This document shows, piece after piece, positions 1-9,271 of a stretch of 64,000 nucleotides of DNA. The stretch comes from Dehalococcoidia bacterium (GTDB lineage Bacteria > Chloroflexota > Dehalococcoidia > Lucifugimonadales > Australimonadaceae). A model generated the notes under the pieces. It was not told the DNA's origin, did no database searches, and saw only the letters and a list, made by a program, of their open reading frames with translations. The position numbers and the translations under genes were made by a program. Position 1 is the stretch's first letter, and each line of letters begins with the position of its first letter. The DNA lies in assembly GCA_965116305.1 (NCBI GenBank), contig OZ220673.1, positions 547,362 to 611,361 on the forward strand, in the 5' to 3' direction.

Positions 1-713
1 TGCACCTGGAACGCGAGTTCCGTGGTCACGCGGTCGTCTTCGGCGGGGTAGTCGAGCATCTTCCCGCCGCGCTTGCCGGTCCGGTCGAGCTCGACGTGGA
101 TCGAGACCGGCATCTGCAGGTCGAGCGACGTGGCCCAGAAGCGGTCGTCCTCCGGCAGGGGCTTGCCGCCGCCGTTGGGGAACGTCATCAGCTGCACGCC
201 GGTCAGTCCCACGGACTTGCAGTGTTCCAGCTCGGCGACGGCGTCGTCGATGCCGGTGGCGGGGATCGCGCCGATGCCGAGCAGGCGGTCCGGCGCTTCG
301 GAGCAGTACTCCTCGCCGAGCCACGTGTTCCAGCCTCGGAAGAGCGCCCGGTGGAGGGCATCGTCCTTCACCTGCATCCAGAGACGCGGGCCGCAGACGA
401 CGGCCGGGTAGAGTATCTCCGCGTCGAGGCCGTCCTTCTGCTGCTCCTGCACACGTTGTTGCGGCGGGCCGGTGCCTGGCGTGGACTCGTAGGTCTGTCC
501 CCCGGGGTACCAGATGTCGCGCCCCTTGCCGCCGTACAGGTCCATCGGGTTCTGGGTGGGAGGCAGGTCTTCCAGCTGCGTCGCGTCCGCGCCGGTCCCG
601 AGTTTCACCGTCCTGGGTGCGCGGTCGCGGAACTCGGGGTCTATGCGGTGCGTCCACCGTTCGTTCGCCACTTCCAGGTGAGAGTCACCGGAGATGCGTT
701 TGTAGGGCGCCAT
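1..713 (-). CDS. amidohydrolase-2 family metal-dependent hydrolase (PF04909-like); 3' end runs off the window
   Basis: Absent from the ORF track because there is no stop inside the window. My reverse-strand translation from ATG at 713 (GAGGAGG about 8 nt upstream) gives MAPYKRISGDSHLEVANERW...ILYPAVV...GLTGVQLMTFPNGGG...MPVSIHVEL...KMLDYPAEDDRV. It has the N-terminal D-x-H motif and resembles the complete paralogues at 47921-49024 and 50286-51389. Confidence 0.75.
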   Translation of the reverse strand, partial: MAPYKRISGDSHLEVANERWTHRIDPEFRDRAPRTVKLGTGADATQLEDLPPTQNPMDLYGGKGRDIWYPGGQTYESTPGTGPPQQRVQEQQKDGLDAEILYPAVVCGPRLWMQVKDDALHRALFRGWNTWLGEEYCSEAPDRLLGIGAIPATGIDDAVAELEHCKSVGLTGVQLMTFPNGGGKPLPEDDRFWATSLDLQMPVSIHVELDRTGKRGGKMLDYPAEDDRVTTELAFQV

Positions 714-853
714 GGAGCGGGCCTCCTCTGCGTCACGTCGGGGTCGGGCGCAGTATAGCCGTTCGTGGTCAGGGCGGCTCATCAGTACGGGTATGTTGTA
801 GGAGCGCCGCAGACGCGTTACGCCTATCATACGGGGCATCAGGAGGAAGCCAC

Positions 854-1780
854 ATGGCAACGACGGCGGATGGTGGGATAAGGGCAGCTATCCACACGGA
901 AGGGCTGACCAAGTACTACGGCAAGAACCGTGGTATGGAGGACGTGGACCTGGACGTCAGAGAGGGCGAGGTCTTCGGATTCCTCGGGCCGAACGGGGCC
1001 GGAAAGACCACGACCATCAGGACGTTGCTGGATGAGATCAGGCCCACCGCCGGCTCAGCGACCATCCTTGGTTTGGACACGCACCGGGATGCCGTGGCGA
1101 TACGCAGGCACATCGGCTACATCCCTGGAGATCTTGCGCTGTACCCGAACCTGACGGGACGGGACACCCTGACCTACTTCGCGAACATGCGCGGCGGCGT
1201 CGACTGGTCCTACGTTGACGAGCTGGCCGAGCGACTGGCCTCCGACCTCTCTCGAAAGGTGGGCGACCTGTCGACGGGCAACCGTCAGAAGGTCGGAATC
1301 ATCCAGGCCTTCATGAACCGGCCGGACCTGCTGATCATGGACGAGCCGACAGCCGGACTCGATCCGCTGGTCCAGCGGGAGTTCCAGACGATGCTGCGCG
1401 AGGTCACGGCCCAGGGGCGCACGGTCTTCCTCTCCAGCCACACTCTCTCCGAAGTGCAGCGTGTCGCAGACCGCGTCGGCATCATCCGCGACGGCTACCT
1501 CATCACCGTCGAGTCGGTTGCGGAGCTGAGGTCGAAGGCGATGCGCCGGGTGGAGTTCGTACTCGACTCGGAGGCGGACGCCTCGGTCTTCGAGGGCGTG
1601 GCCGGCGTGCGCAACGTCGTTGCAAGCGGCGCCCACGTCGAGATGTCCTTCGACGGCGACATGGGCGAGCTCCTGAAGGCCGCAACGGACCGGTACGCCG
1701 TGGAGGACATCAGGACGAGCGAGACGGACCTCGAGGAGATATTCCTCACGTACTACCACACCGACGAGGAGGCCGGGTGA
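854..1780 (+). CDS. ABC transporter ATP-binding protein
   Basis: Walker A GPNGAGKTT, signature LSTGNRQK and Walker B LLIMDEP. ATG at 854 is preceded by AGGAGGA. The upstream part of track ORF 617-1780 is discarded. Confidence 0.93.
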   Translation: MATTADGGIRAAIHTEGLTKYYGKNRGMEDVDLDVREGEVFGFLGPNGAGKTTTIRTLLDEIRPTAGSATILGLDTHRDAVAIRRHIGYIPGDLALYPNLTGRDTLTYFANMRGGVDWSYVDELAERLASDLSRKVGDLSTGNRQKVGIIQAFMNRPDLLIMDEPTAGLDPLVQREFQTMLREVTAQGRTVFLSSHTLSEVQRVADRVGIIRDGYLITVESVAELRSKAMRRVEFVLDSEADASVFEGVAGVRNVVASGAHVEMSFDGDMGELLKAATDRYAVEDIRTSETDLEEIFLTYYHTDEEAG

Positions 1781-3441
1781 TGGCGCTGTCCAGCATATCG
1801 CTCAAGGTGGCGCGAGACCGCTGGCTCGGATGGGCGATCTCGGCAGCCAGCCTCACGCTGCTGCTCTTGTTCGGGATGGCGTCCTACAGGGAGATCGACC
1901 TCACCGTCTACACCGAGCTGCCTGAGGCGTTCCGCTCGTTGCTCGGCATCGGGGACGACGTCGACGTCGGGGGCCTGGCGATCAGCTACGTCTTCGGATC
2001 GTTCGGCGCCGTGGTGGTGGCTGTCATGGCCCTCGTCATGGGCAGCGCGGCGATCGCGGGCGAGGAGCGGAACGGCACCATGAACGTCCTGCTCGCAAAC
2101 CCCAGGAGCCGCACGCACGTCCTGCTGTCCAAGGCCGTGGCCCTCGTCGTGCTCACTGGCCTCGCCGTCGCAGCCATCTGGAGCACGGTCCACCCTATGG
2201 CCGCTCTGCTGGATGTCGAGATCGGCGGCCTGAACGTGGAGGCCCTGGCTGTCCACCTGTACGTCAACGCCGTCTTCTACGGGATGCTTGCCCTGGCCAT
2301 CGGCGCCGTTACCGGCAACCGGGATACGGCGACGGGCGCGACGTCGGGCATCCTGGTCCTCTCCTTCTTCGCGGTGGGCCTCCTTCCCCTCGTCGAGGGA
2401 CTGGAGGGCCTGCGCAAGGCGTTCCCCTGGTACTACTTCGACGGCAGCGAGCCCGTCTACAACGGCATCGCGTGGGGACACCTCGCAGTGCTGGTCCCGG
2501 CGTCTGTCGCTCTCCTGGTCGCCGCCGTTGTTGGGTTCAATCGCCGCGACCTCAGAAGCCAGTCCGTCGGCGCCTCGCTGCTGGACAGGGTCCGGGGCAA
2601 CCCGCTCCTCAACAGGATGATCGGCCGGCTCGCCGGTTCGGCCAGGGTCTCATCGATATGGGTCAAGACCGTCTCGGACTACCAGACCCTGCTCCTCGTC
2701 ACGTCGGCCGCGATGTTCCTGGTCATGGGTGTCATGCTGGGGCCGATGTATGCGTCGTTGCCGGAGGAGACGCGGATCGCTTTCCACAACTTCCCGGAGG
2801 AGCTGATCGCGCTCTTCGGTGGCGGTGACCTGGGCACGCCGGAGGGCTGGTACACGTTGGAGACGTTCGGCCTGATGGCCCCCCTGTCGGTCATCCTCGT
2901 CACGGCCGTTATGGGCGCCGGAGCGCTCGCTGGCGAGGAGTCGCGCCGCACGATGGGGCTGTTGCTGGCCAACCCCATAAGCCGTTCCAGGATCGTGATG
3001 GAGAAGGCCGTGACGATGGTGCTGTTCGGTATCGCCGTCGGGGTTGCGACGTTTGCCGGAGTGGCCCTCGGCTCGGTGCTCGGCGGTCTCGGGATGTCCA
3101 TAGGCAACATAGCCGCGACGTCCGCGCTCCAGGTGCTGGTGGGGCTGGTGTTCGGCGCTCTCGCCCTGGCCCTGAGCGCAGGCAAGGGACGAACGGGGAT
3201 CGCGGTCTTCGGCGCGGCGGGCGCGGCGCTCGCCTTCCACCTGTTGACCTCGCTGGCGAACATTACAGGCGCCGTGGCGGCCGTTGAGTGGGTATCGCCG
3301 TTCCACTACTACCTGGACAGCGACCCGCTCAACACCGGGATGGACTGGGGAAACGCCGCGGTGCTGCTCGCGCTGTCCGCGGTCCTCTTCGGCCTGTCAT
3401 TCGTGCTGTTCCAGCGGCGGGACCTCAGGCAGAGAGGGTAG
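1777..3441 (+). CDS. ABC-2 type transporter permease (duplicated or fused two-module form)
   Basis: 554 aa and very hydrophobic. The motif GEE(R/S)(N/R)(G/R)TM..LLANP.SR occurs twice (aa about 95 and about 385). The start overlaps the ATPase stop (GTGATGG), indicating translational coupling. Confidence 0.85.
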   Translation: MMALSSISLKVARDRWLGWAISAASLTLLLLFGMASYREIDLTVYTELPEAFRSLLGIGDDVDVGGLAISYVFGSFGAVVVAVMALVMGSAAIAGEERNGTMNVLLANPRSRTHVLLSKAVALVVLTGLAVAAIWSTVHPMAALLDVEIGGLNVEALAVHLYVNAVFYGMLALAIGAVTGNRDTATGATSGILVLSFFAVGLLPLVEGLEGLRKAFPWYYFDGSEPVYNGIAWGHLAVLVPASVALLVAAVVGFNRRDLRSQSVGASLLDRVRGNPLLNRMIGRLAGSARVSSIWVKTVSDYQTLLLVTSAAMFLVMGVMLGPMYASLPEETRIAFHNFPEELIALFGGGDLGTPEGWYTLETFGLMAPLSVILVTAVMGAGALAGEESRRTMGLLLANPISRSRIVMEKAVTMVLFGIAVGVATFAGVALGSVLGGLGMSIGNIAATSALQVLVGLVFGALALALSAGKGRTGIAVFGAAGAALAFHLLTSLANITGAVAAVEWVSPFHYYLDSDPLNTGMDWGNAAVLLALSAVLFGLSFVLFQRRDLRQRG

Positions 3442-3509
3442 CGTTCGTTCTTGCCGGCTCACCGCGAACGGCGTGAGCGCACTCGAAGACGACAACGGGC
3501 ATCTCAACG

Positions 3510-3764
3510 ATGGAACGGAATAGCGATCTATGGCAGAGGATACTGAGCGGACGAGCGGATGCGAATATCCGCTTCGACGACCTTCGGCGGTTTCTGCTAC
3601 GCTTGGGATTCGTAGAACGGGTGCGGGGAAGCCACCATACCTTCAGGAGAGAAGGTGTCCGCGAGCGGATCAACCTGCAGCGTGACGGAAGCCATGCGAA
3701 GCCTTACCAGGTTCGGCAGGTCCGACAGGTTGTTCTGACGAATCGTCTCGGCGGGGAGGAGTGA
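3510..3764 (+). CDS. hicA: type II toxin HicA family (mRNA interferase)
   Basis: 84 aa with ...LGFVERVRGSHHTFRREG...H.KPY, typical of HicA/YcfA. It lies immediately upstream of a HicB-like ORF. Confidence 0.85.
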   Translation: MERNSDLWQRILSGRADANIRFDDLRRFLLRLGFVERVRGSHHTFRREGVRERINLQRDGSHAKPYQVRQVRQVVLTNRLGGEE

Positions 3765-3765
3765 C

Positions 3766-3978
3766 GTGCACAAGTACGAGGTCGTCATCTACTGGAGCAA
3801 TGAAGACGGCGTCTTTGTCGCTGAAGCACCCGAACTCCCGGGATGCATGGCCCACGGTAGCACGCAAGAGGCTGCGTTGGAGCAGATCAACCAGGCCATG
3901 GACCTCTGGCTCGAAACAGCACGCGAGTTTGGCGACCCCATACCGCAACCCAAGGGGCAACGTCTGACCCCGGCGTAA
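3766..3978 (+). CDS. hicB: type II antitoxin HicB family
   Basis: 70 aa with YEVVIYWSNEDGVFVAEAPELPGCMAHGSTQEAALEQI, the HicB/UPF0150 N-terminal fold signature. GTG start lies 2 nt after the hicA stop. Confidence 0.85.
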   Translation: MHKYEVVIYWSNEDGVFVAEAPELPGCMAHGSTQEAALEQINQAMDLWLETAREFGDPIPQPKGQRLTPA

Positions 3979-4000
3979 TCGCCATCTCCCCTGCCAACGC

Positions 4001-4867
4001 TCACCCCGCGTACGTCGCGTCGAGCGCGAGCATGTCCGACAGCCCCACCGTGTCGAAGCACTCCTGGATGCTGACCATGCGGTCGGCGACGAGGTGCGCC
4101 GTCGTGCCGGTCTCGCGCAGCTCGCGCATGAGGTCGGTCATCGTCCTCAGCGCGGCGAGCATCACGCTGATGGGGAAGATCACCAGCTTGAACCCCAGTT
4201 CCTCCAGCTCGGACACGGGCAACAGGGGAGACTTCCCCGTCTCGACGAAGTTGTAGAGCACGGGCACGTCGAACCGGCCCGTCACGTCCATCGCCTGCTC
4301 CCGCGTCTGGAGCGCCTCGAGGAAGAGCACGTCCGCGCCCGCCTCCACGTATGCCTCGCAACGGCGGAGCGCGTCGTCCCAACCGGTGACGGCGAGCGCG
4401 TCGCAGCGGGCGATGACCGTGAAGTCGTCGTCCTCGCGGGCGTCGAGCGCCGCGTGGAGCTTGCGCACCATCTCCTCCTGCGGCACGACGCGCTTGTCGT
4501 CCAGGTGCCCGCAGCGCTTGGGCGACTCCTGGTCCTCGATGTGGATGCCCGCGACGCCCGCGCGCTCGTACTCGCGTACCGTGCGGCGCACCTGCAGCAC
4601 GTCGCCGTAGCCGGTGTCCGCGTCGGCGATGACGGGCACGCTCACGGTGCGGGCGATGGCCGCGGCGTTCGCGACCATCTCGCTCATCGTCGTGAGGCCG
4701 ATGTCCGGGTAGCCGGTGCGGGATATCGAAGTGCCAGCGCCGGTCATATAGACGACCGGGAAACCGGCGCGCTCGATCACGGCGGCGCTGAGGCAGTCGT
4801 AAGCGCCCGGCGCGGGGACGATGCCCGGCGACGCGAGCAGCTCTCGCAGGCGTGTGGTCGTTCTCAT
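4001..4867 (-). CDS. isocitrate lyase/PEP mutase family protein (2-methylisocitrate lyase or carboxyvinyl-carboxyphosphonate phosphorylmutase-like)
   Basis: 288 aa with motifs PGAYD, DADTGYG and KRCGH of the ICL/PEPM superfamily. Confidence 0.88.
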   Translation of the reverse strand: MRTTTRLRELLASPGIVPAPGAYDCLSAAVIERAGFPVVYMTGAGTSISRTGYPDIGLTTMSEMVANAAAIARTVSVPVIADADTGYGDVLQVRRTVREYERAGVAGIHIEDQESPKRCGHLDDKRVVPQEEMVRKLHAALDAREDDDFTVIARCDALAVTGWDDALRRCEAYVEAGADVLFLEALQTREQAMDVTGRFDVPVLYNFVETGKSPLLPVSELEELGFKLVIFPISVMLAALRTMTDLMRELRETGTTAHLVADRMVSIQECFDTVGLSDMLALDATYAG

Positions 4868-4964
4868 CGTTGGCCTCCCTTCCTTGCTCCCGGCGCCAGC
4901 GTACCGTATCCGTGGAAGAGATGGGGTAAGCTGTCGCCCACAGTTCGGTTGGTGATGTTCAACG

Positions 4965-5687
4965 ATGAGTGCGGATGCTGACTACTCTCCGGCCTTCTAC
5001 GCGCGTCACGCGCAGCGTTACGCCGAGGTAGCCCACAACTTCATCCACTCCGTCTACGACAACGCCTCCCACCCGGGGCTCAGGGATGATACCTCCCTGA
5101 TAGACCGCCTGATGGAGCTGGTGCCTGCCGGGTCGCGCGGGCTGGATGCCGGCTGCGGCGGGGGCGCCCGCGACGTCTTCCTCTACTGGCGGAAGGGGTA
5201 CGACATCTACGGCGTGGACGCCATCGAGGAGAACATCGCAGAGGCGCTCAGGCTGCATCCGGAGATCGCCGGGCGGGTGTCGGTGGCCGACCTTCGCGAG
5301 CCGCTCGGGTACCCGGACGCGTCCTTCGATTTCGTCCTGTGCAACGCCGTCATCCAGCACATCGATCCGGACACGGCCCTGAGGGTGACGCTGCCGGAGC
5401 TTGCCAGGCTGCTGAAAGACGGCGGCGTTCTCCAACTCCTGTTCAAGACAGGGAAGGGAGTGGCGACGGTCTACGACAGGCACTACGGCGAGGACAGGAC
5501 CTTCCAGCTCTATGACCCTGGCGAGGTGCTCGCCCTGTTGACGGACCTGGGCCTGGACCTGATCCCGGAGGAAGGCGCGAAGCTGGGTGGAGTCGTGTAC
5601 TTCACCGACCACAAGCCGATGGAGCATTGCGTTCTCTTCGCGCGCAGGGTCGTTTCCCCTCTCCCTCTGGGAGAGGGTGCCGCGTAG
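4965..5687 (+). CDS. class I SAM-dependent methyltransferase
   Basis: 240 aa with motif I LDAGCGGGARDV and a post-I acidic residue. The last about 10 codons (SPLPLGEGAA*) are supplied by a REP-like palindrome. Confidence 0.8.
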   Translation: MSADADYSPAFYARHAQRYAEVAHNFIHSVYDNASHPGLRDDTSLIDRLMELVPAGSRGLDAGCGGGARDVFLYWRKGYDIYGVDAIEENIAEALRLHPEIAGRVSVADLREPLGYPDASFDFVLCNAVIQHIDPDTALRVTLPELARLLKDGGVLQLLFKTGKGVATVYDRHYGEDRTFQLYDPGEVLALLTDLGLDLIPEEGAKLGGVVYFTDHKPMEHCVLFARRVVSPLPLGEGAA

Positions 5688-5702
5688 CGGCGGGTGAGGG
5701 TG
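5656..5702. repeat. REP-like palindromic unit, type C (cccctctccc-N-gggagagg ... gcgggtgagggtg)
   Basis: The same unit recurs at 6615-6658, 7927-8000, 8068-8118, 9600-9655, about 50200-50270 (inverted) and about 59120-59170 (inverted). Confidence 0.8.
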
Positions 5703-5781
5703 CCCCGTGCCGCATTGACGCACGGGTGAGCCCGCCATAGCCTACGGCGCGTCCCCGACGCCCGCTCAAAGGAGGATTGTG

Positions 5782-6423
5782 ATGCCGTACGACGCGCTCG
5801 ACCCGAAGAGGACCGGACTCGTGTTCTTCGACATGCTCAACGTCTATTTCCGGGGCTCCAGTGAGGAGAACCAGCGCAGGATGGAGCCCATCGTGGCCAA
5901 CTGCGTGAAGGTGCGCGAGGTGGCGTCGGCGCTCGGTGTCCCCTCGTTCTACCCGAAGGCGGACCACCGCGCTGACGGGATGGACTCGGCGCTCATCTAC
6001 TCCGACACGAACTACGCGCTCGAGCCCTGGCCGGACCCGGAGCAGGGCTTCACCGCGGCGTTCCGCAACGTGCACCACGGCAGCTGGACGTCCGAGGTCA
6101 TCGACGAGCTGGCGCCGACGCCGGACGACTACCTGATCCCCAAGCACCGGTGGAGCTCGTTCCACCAGACCCACCTGCAACTGAGCCTGCGCACGCGCGG
6201 CATCGACACCATTGTCCTGTTCGGCGGCGCGATCCACATCGGCGTCGCGAGCACCGCCTACTCGGCGCGCGACCTCGACTTCAACATCGTCGTCGTCAGC
6301 GACGCCTGCTCCGGCCCGGACGAGAACCTCAAACTCTTCATGGAGCGCATCTTCCCCATCTTCGCGCGCGTCCGCACGGCGGACGAGGTGGTGGAGATGT
6401 TCCGCCGCGGCGCAGCGGGTTAG
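5782..6423 (+). CDS. isochorismatase-family cysteine hydrolase
   Basis: About 213 aa with FFDMLN... and VVVSDAC (catalytic Cys context). GGAGGA lies upstream. The track ORF opens with GTG at 5779, and ATG at 5782 is equally possible. Confidence 0.85.
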   Translation: MPYDALDPKRTGLVFFDMLNVYFRGSSEENQRRMEPIVANCVKVREVASALGVPSFYPKADHRADGMDSALIYSDTNYALEPWPDPEQGFTAAFRNVHHGSWTSEVIDELAPTPDDYLIPKHRWSSFHQTHLQLSLRTRGIDTIVLFGGAIHIGVASTAYSARDLDFNIVVVSDACSGPDENLKLFMERIFPIFARVRTADEVVEMFRRGAAG

Positions 6424-7892
6424 CGAGGCCGCTTCCTCCGGTACCGCCGCCAGGCGTAGAGGAACCCAACGGCGAATCCGACCAACGCGATCGCTGCCAC
6501 GATGGGCCATGCGTCCCTGCCTGACGACATCGCGGGGAGATGCGTTCCGCCCGCAGGCTCCGGCGCCGGCTGTGGAGCGGATGCGCTCGTGGGCGTGGGC
6601 AGGGGAGTGTCTGACCCCCTCTCCCTTGAGGGGAGAGGGCTGGGGTGAGGGTGAACCGGCGGGGTAGAGCGGGGTTCTGCAGAGGTTTCTGTGGGCGCGC
6701 TCGTCCGCGTCGGCGTCGCAGGCTGCGTCGGCTGTGCTGGCGGCCCGGCGAACCTGTAGATGCCCCCGTCGAACCCCAGCACGTAGACCTCGCCCGCCTC
6801 GTCCTCGCCGAACGACGGTATCTGGAACTCCGCGCGGGCCAGCTGCGCATGCTCCGTGACGCGCTCGCCGTCATACCGCAGCCCCCAGATGCGGCCTGAG
6901 CAGTAGTCCGCGTACAGGTAGACGCCCCGCAACTCCGGCAGACGCTGCCCGCGATAGACGTAGCCGCCGGTGATCGAGCATCCCGCGTCGCGGCCGTATT
7001 CGACGACCGGCGCCTCGAAGGCGTCGGGGTCGCATGCGGGCCGGAAGCAGCGTGAGCCTTCCATCTCGTTCCAGCCGTAGTTGCCGCCCCGCCGCACGAC
7101 GTCGACCTCTTCCAGCGCGTTCTGGCCGACGTCGCCCGTCCACAGGTCGCCGGTCTCGCGGTCGAACGAGAAGCGCCACGCGTTGCGCAGCCCGTACGCC
7201 CATATCTCGCCGCGAGCGCCGCCCTTGCCCACGAACGGGTTGTCGGCGGGCACGGCGTACGGAGCGCCGCCCCCTGCCGTGACGTCGATGCGGAGGATGG
7301 TCCCGAGCAGCGTGCCGAGGTCCTGGCCGTGCCGTTGCGGGTCTCCTGCCGAGCCGCCGTCTCCCAGCGCGACGTACAGCATGCCGTCCGGTCCGAACTC
7401 GATCATGCCGCCGTTGTGGTTGCGGTACGGTTGCGGCACCTCGAGCAGCACGGACTCCGATGCGGCGTTGCCAAGGCCGTTGCCGCCGACCTCGAACCGC
7501 GACAGCACCGACCGTCGCGGCGACGCTGCGCTGTAGTAGACGTAGAAGCGTCCGTTCTCCACGAAACCGGGGTCGAAGGCCAGCCCCAGCAGCCCTTCCT
7601 CGTTCCCTCGACGGCTCACGCGGGCGCTGATGTCCAGGAACACGTCCGTCCGCTCCGGCGCGGCGGGGTCGATCCGGTGGATGACGCCGTGCTGCTCCAC
7701 GACGTACACCTGCCCCGAGCCGTCGCCCGCGTGCGTGAGCAGCACCGGCCGCTCGAACGCAAGCGCGGGAAAGACCCGCTCCAGTTCGAGCATCGGGAGT
7801 GCAGCGTTGGGGGAGGGCGCAACCCCCGCCAGTACGGTGGCCCCGACGATTAGCAGGGCAGGGATGGGGAGTAATCGGAGGAGCGGCCTCAT
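6420..7892 (-). CDS. PQQ-dependent sugar (glucose/sorbosone) dehydrogenase with signal peptide, PT-rich C-terminal linker and C-terminal TM anchor
   Basis: HNGGMIEFGPDGMLYVALGDGG and GLRNAWRFSFD are sGDH beta-propeller motifs. The MRPLLRLLPIPALLIVGATVLAG signal peptide begins at ATG 7892; the track ORF opens at GTG 7928. The C-terminus is WPIVAAIALVGFAVGFLYAWRRYRRKRPR. Confidence 0.85.
   Translation of the reverse strand: MRPLLRLLPIPALLIVGATVLAGVAPSPNAALPMLELERVFPALAFERPVLLTHAGDGSGQVYVVEQHGVIHRIDPAAPERTDVFLDISARVSRRGNEEGLLGLAFDPGFVENGRFYVYYSAASPRRSVLSRFEVGGNGLGNAASESVLLEVPQPYRNHNGGMIEFGPDGMLYVALGDGGSAGDPQRHGQDLGTLLGTILRIDVTAGGGAPYAVPADNPFVGKGGARGEIWAYGLRNAWRFSFDRETGDLWTGDVGQNALEEVDVVRRGGNYGWNEMEGSRCFRPACDPDAFEAPVVEYGRDAGCSITGGYVYRGQRLPELRGVYLYADYCSGRIWGLRYDGERVTEHAQLARAEFQIPSFGEDEAGEVYVLGFDGGIYRFAGPPAQPTQPATPTRTSAPTETSAEPRSTPPVHPHPSPLPSRERGSDTPLPTPTSASAPQPAPEPAGGTHLPAMSSGRDAWPIVAAIALVGFAVGFLYAWRRYRRKRPR
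6615..6658. repeat. REP-like unit type C embedded in the coding sequence
   Basis: ccccctctcccttgaggggagagggctggggtgagggtgaaccgg lies inside the C-terminal linker of the dehydrogenase gene and is read as ...HPHPSPLPSRERGSDTP... Confidence 0.75.
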
Positions 7893-7926
7893 GGAGGCCA
7901 GCCTACCACGAGCCCCCGGCCTGCCC

Positions 7927-8120
7927 ACCTCTCCCCCGGGAGAGAGCCTGCTCTGAGCTTGCCGAACGGGTCGACGCGCAGCGACGGGTGAGGGCGAACC
8001 GGTGTGGTGTTGGGATTGTCATTCCGAGCGAAGCGCAGCGGAGTCGAGAAATCTCTCGGGATGCCTCCCACCTCTCCCCTTGGGAGAGGTCGCCGCGCTT
8101 GCCGCGGCGGGTGAGGGCCT
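7927..8120. repeat. mosaic cluster of REP-like units (type C, type D, type C)
   Basis: Intergenic. Two type C units flank the type D unit gtcattccgagcgaagcgcagcggagtcgagaaatctctcgg. Confidence 0.8.
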
Positions 8121-8197
8121 GCGTGTCGCCCATCATGCGCTATCATGGGAGAGGCCTCGCCGCCGCGCGGGGCGACTCTCTCCCTGGAAGGCATCGC

Positions 8198-8644
8198 ATG
8201 GACTTCAGCTACACCTACAAGGTCAACACCCCGCCGGACGCGCTCTGGGCGTTCGTGACGGATATCCCCGCCGTCGGCATGTGCATCCCCGGCGCGTCTG
8301 ACGTTGCGGAGACGGACGGGTCGTACACGGGGACAGTGAAGGTGCGCGTCGGGCCGGTTGCGCTGGGACTCGTAGGCAAACTGTGGGTGGACTCGCGGGA
8401 CGACGCCGCGATGCGCGTCTCGATGACCGGCGAAGGCGCGGACCGCAAGGTGCCGGGCAACGTCCGGGTGAAGATCGACATGGCGGTCGAGGACGCGGGC
8501 GACGGCGGCAGCAACCTCGTCGTGCACTCGGACGCCAACATCATGGGCAAGCTCGGCGAGTTCGGCCAGGGCATCATCAAGCGCAAGACGGACGGCATCA
8601 TGCAGGAGTTCGGGCGCAACCTCACCAGGAAGGTCGGCGGCTGA
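8198..8644 (+). CDS. SRPBCC/CoxG family protein (carbon monoxide dehydrogenase subunit G-like)
   Basis: 148 aa: MDFSYTYKVNTPPDALWAFVTDIPAVGMCIPG...GKLGEFGQGIIKRKTDGIMQEFGRNL, typical of CoxG. The start was set by amino-acid counting within track ORF 7799-8644, whose N-terminal part reads through the REP cluster. Confidence 0.85.
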   Translation: MDFSYTYKVNTPPDALWAFVTDIPAVGMCIPGASDVAETDGSYTGTVKVRVGPVALGLVGKLWVDSRDDAAMRVSMTGEGADRKVPGNVRVKIDMAVEDAGDGGSNLVVHSDANIMGKLGEFGQGIIKRKTDGIMQEFGRNLTRKVGG

Positions 8645-8650
8645 GGGGCC

Positions 8651-9013
8651 TCACCCGGCCAGCGGGACGACCTTCGATCGCCTCATCACCTTGTCCCGCG
8701 TGAGCAGCGGGACGCCGTGTACGACGCTGGTGGCGGCGATGATCTCGTCTGCCGGGTCGCTGTCGAAGTCCAGGCGCGTCGAGGCCAGCGCAACCGCGAG
8801 GTCGATGGGCCACACGTGCAGCTGGCTCAAAACACGCACTACTTCCCGGTCGTCCAGGTCCACGTCCACGCGGCCCAGCTGAACGAGCTTGGCCAGCTCC
8901 CACAGCACGATGGACGAGACAGACCACCTGTTCCGCTCCAGCAAGCCCCGCTCGGCAGGGCGGAGCATGCCGCTGACCGCGTGAATGAGGATGTGCGTAT
9001 CAAGGTTGAGCAT
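8651..9013 (-). CDS. vapC: type II toxin, PIN-domain ribonuclease (VapC-like)
   Basis: 120 aa with conserved acidic positions LDTHILI, DPADEIIAATS and LLTRD. It overlaps the upstream antitoxin gene. Confidence 0.85.
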   Translation of the reverse strand: MLNLDTHILIHAVSGMLRPAERGLLERNRWSVSSIVLWELAKLVQLGRVDVDLDDREVVRVLSQLHVWPIDLAVALASTRLDFDSDPADEIIAATSVVHGVPLLTRDKVMRRSKVVPLAG

Positions 9014-9224
9014 CTGCGTCCCAGCGAAGGCCGGTCGAGAAGATGTCGCCCCTGACCTCGATCTTGTGCCGCAGGCTGCCGATCAGCTCGGCTTCCTGGC
9101 GGTTGTAGGGAAGCACCCGCGCGACCGGCTTGCCGCGTTTCGTGATGATCAGCCCGTCGGCGTCGAGCTGGTCCAGCAACGCAAGGCACTGCTCCTTGAA
9201 ACGCGCCGCTCCTACACTCTTCAT
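9000..9224 (-). CDS. type II antitoxin (Phd/YefM-like)
   Basis: 74 aa: MKSVGAARFKEQCLALLDQLDADGLIITKRGKPVARVLP. It overlaps vapC by 14 nt. The start was chosen at the internal Met of track ORF 9000-9317. Confidence 0.7.
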   Translation of the reverse strand: MKSVGAARFKEQCLALLDQLDADGLIITKRGKPVARVLPYNRQEAELIGSLRHKIEVRGDIFSTGLRWDADAQP

Positions 9225-9271
9225 AGCCGTACACCCTCGTTTCTCTTTACCCCGGACTCTCGGGGCGCTGC

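Noticed and set aside
7799-8197. N-terminal extension of the CoxG ORF
   Set aside because: It reads straight through the REP cluster (…VIPSEAQRSREIS…SPWERSP…). The conserved CoxG sequence begins at the Met at 8198.
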